Shown here: one piece after another, positions 21,207 through 23,461 of the stretch
Layout: the number at the start of each line of letters is the position of its first letter
Numbering within the stretch: the stretch's first letter is position 1
Assembly (NCBI RefSeq): GCF_006345805.1
Contig: NW_021836581.1
Coordinates: 1 to 23,461 of the forward strand
From: Octopus sinensis
Lineage: Eukaryota
Direction of reading: 5' to 3'
Length of the DNA stretch: 23,461 bases
Notes under the pieces: model-generated
Told to the model about the DNA's origin: nothing
Databases searched by the model: none
What the model saw: only the letters and a program-made list of their open reading frames with translations
Position numbers and translations under genes: made by a program

Positions 21207-21490
21207 ACTTCTATCCACCTGTTGCACCTGTTGTTTTTTTCGATCTAGCACCGTTATTAACAGCCCCCCACCCAATCCCCACCCCCGCCACCACAATTAG
21301 AGTGATCATCATCATCATCATCATCATCATCCATCATCGTCATTGACGTGGCTTCTTCCGCAAAACCACCACCATTACCATTGCCACCTTAAAAAACATG
21401 ACTACGACTACCACCATCACTACCTTCGTCGCCGCCGCCGTCGCCACCAGCACCAGCACCAGCACCACCAGCACCACCACCAGCACCACC

Positions 21491-21551
<61 letters not shown>

Positions 21552-21815
21552 CTACTACTACTACTACTACTACTACTCTACTACTACTACTACTACTATA
21601 CCTTGAACTTTTTAGTGCTAGTGCCACCAAAACCACCACCACACCCACAAGCATACCATCATTACCAATATCACCAGCATCATCACCACTAACGTCATTC
21701 ACTGTTAACCCCACCATTCCACCATCATACCCCACTTACCACCACCGCTATCATCATCACCATCATCACCATAGTCGATACCACTATCGTGGCCATCACC
21801 ACCATTAACATTTCA
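21170..21815. repeat. (CT)n and compound trinucleotide array (CAT/CAC/CAG/AAC/TAC)n
   Basis: Directly visible; source of the poly-H, poly-T and poly-V ORFs. Confidence 0.95.
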
Positions 21816-22379
21816 CCACCGCATATATAGGTACCTCCGTCTCCACCATCATTTCGGTACTTTATTTATTGCTACCCCCAACACAACGTCTATTACTGCC
21901 ACTTCCACCACACCTATCACTCCCACTGTTACCCAGCACTCACCCCTGCTGACTAAAACCAACAGAATGGAAAATATGCAACTGCCAGTATTTGACCAGT
22001 ATTTCAGCAACGCAACATGGTTCAGCACCAGATGGGAAAAGCCAGGCTTTTACAACCAGGGTACATTATATACATTATTACCAGTCTGATTTTAAAGTAA
22101 TGGCTCCGTGGTGACAGGAACCTGCTAAAAATAACAGTCAAATCACACTCAAATTGCATTTTAACACAAGCTAGAATGTGTGCTTTCCAGGGCGGCCTTT
22201 GGTTCCTGGACCCCCAATCTATCTATACAAGCTTATACAGCAGACCTGAAAGTGTCACCCAGTAAAAGATTTGAGTAGAGCGGAACGCCCTCTGTCGCCT
22301 TAGCTGCGCTACTGCCGAGCACCTTAGAAAGACGCAAAAATACGTTGGATATATGTAATACCTTAGGCTTAGAGCTCTC

Positions 22380-22656
22380 ATGAGCCACATGACACATAAG
22401 GCTAGAGCTCAACCCGGTTTCCATGGCGTGTGTGTGTCTGAGATAACAACTCACCTTCATTGAATGGAACGCCGGTCCATCGCAGGGTTAACTTCCCAGC
22501 CATTGTTGGAACTCACAGCTAAGTGAACTGGAACAACGTGAAATGAAGGGTCTTGTTCAAGAGTATAAGAACACCGCCAGATCCGGGCATTGTAATTTGA
22601 AATCACGAATTACAATCGTAAAAGCTAAGCCAAACCACTAAGACCACGCACCTTCA
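22380..22656 (-). mobile_element. tRNA-headed SINE, family E, diverged
   Basis: The minus strand has the head GAAGGTGCGTGGTCTTAGTGGTT (A-box-like) and a decayed B box. It then has CTTGAACAAGACCCTTCATTTCAC and AACCCTGCGATGGACCGGCGTTCC, motifs I recall from conserved SINE central domains (CORE/V-type). Confidence 0.65.
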
Positions 22657-22788
22657 CCTATATAATATTTACGAAAGACAAAATAGATAAAACAAACAAA
22701 CAACAACAGCGATTTTACATCAGAGATACCGCGCCTCGAGGTATTACATCTTCAGAGTTCACTTGAATCTTAGCAGCTGCAAACAGCC

Positions 22789-22821
<33 letters not shown>

Positions 22822-23232
22822 GTTACAACAAGAGCGACAGTGACAACCGACTGATTTCTATTTCCTTTATTTCTTGTTACTTTAGCTTTAGAAAATTCAT
22901 TCATCTCCTTCGAGAAGGTTCTCCACCGTGTTACTGTATATCACTGTGGCGGGAGAGTTTCAAGGAGGTTCTTTGCTCATCTCAGTTGGATTCGCGACTT
23001 AAAGTGAGCAATTAACATTCCCACATGCATTAGAAAATCCTTTGTAGTAATACATGGAACATTGTGCTGTATTGTAAAAATGGCCACGAATAAAGAATAT
23101 CTCTCAGGAAACACAGGTTTACAAGTAACATAGTTAACTACTACTGTTCTCCAGAAGTCAAGAGTCTCTATACGACAATAGAGTTCATATGTACTCTACA
23201 ATATGATAACAAAACCTCCCTTCTCCACACGC

Positions 23233-23233
<1 letters not shown>

Positions 23234-23323
<90 letters not shown>

Positions 23324-23461
23324 ATACGATATATCTATCTATCTATCTATCTATCTGTCTGTCTGGTCTGCTGTCTTTCTGTCCCTGTCTTTCTGTCTGT
23401 CGTCTGTCTGTCTTCTGTCTGTCATGTCACTGTCTGCCTGTCCATAAGTTTCGTCTGTCTG
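23234..23461. repeat. (TCTA)n-(TCTG)n microsatellite, running off the window end
   Basis: Directly visible. Confidence 0.95.

Noticed and set aside
22233-22460. 75-aa minus-strand ORF MKVSCY...
   Set aside because: It starts inside the family E SINE and the remainder has no recognisable homology.
22700-22760. CTGAAGA on the minus strand as a hammerhead core
   Set aside because: No downstream GAAA or stem III.

Overview
Eukaryotic, AT-rich, repeat-saturated, apparently non-coding DNA (intergenic or deep intronic). I found no supportable protein-coding gene. Nearly all supplied ORFs are translations of microsatellites, and the rest show no recognisable homology. The repeat repertoire resembles what I recall of coleoid cephalopod (Octopus-like) genomes; this is inference, not a database match. 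The window holds about 15 SINE copies or fragments from about 5 tRNA-headed families and several non-autonomous DNA transposons: a Tc1/mariner-type MITE, two hAT-type MITEs, a Helentron-associated element, and a decayed Mutator-like element with a transposase C-terminal relic. It also holds two minisatellite arrays and very extensive compound microsatellites. The most interesting observations are (1) a 51-nt type I hammerhead-ribozyme-like fold on the minus strand (14615-14665) set between TA microsatellites, (2) a 236-bp near-perfect palindrome (17946-18181) whose apex carries what looks like the 3' half of a hammerhead followed by AATAAA, suggesting Penelope-like termini, and (3) an old 28-bp array with internally symmetric units, split by nested hAT-MITE and SINE insertions. 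Coordinates were counted by hand; repeat boundaries are approximate to a few bases.
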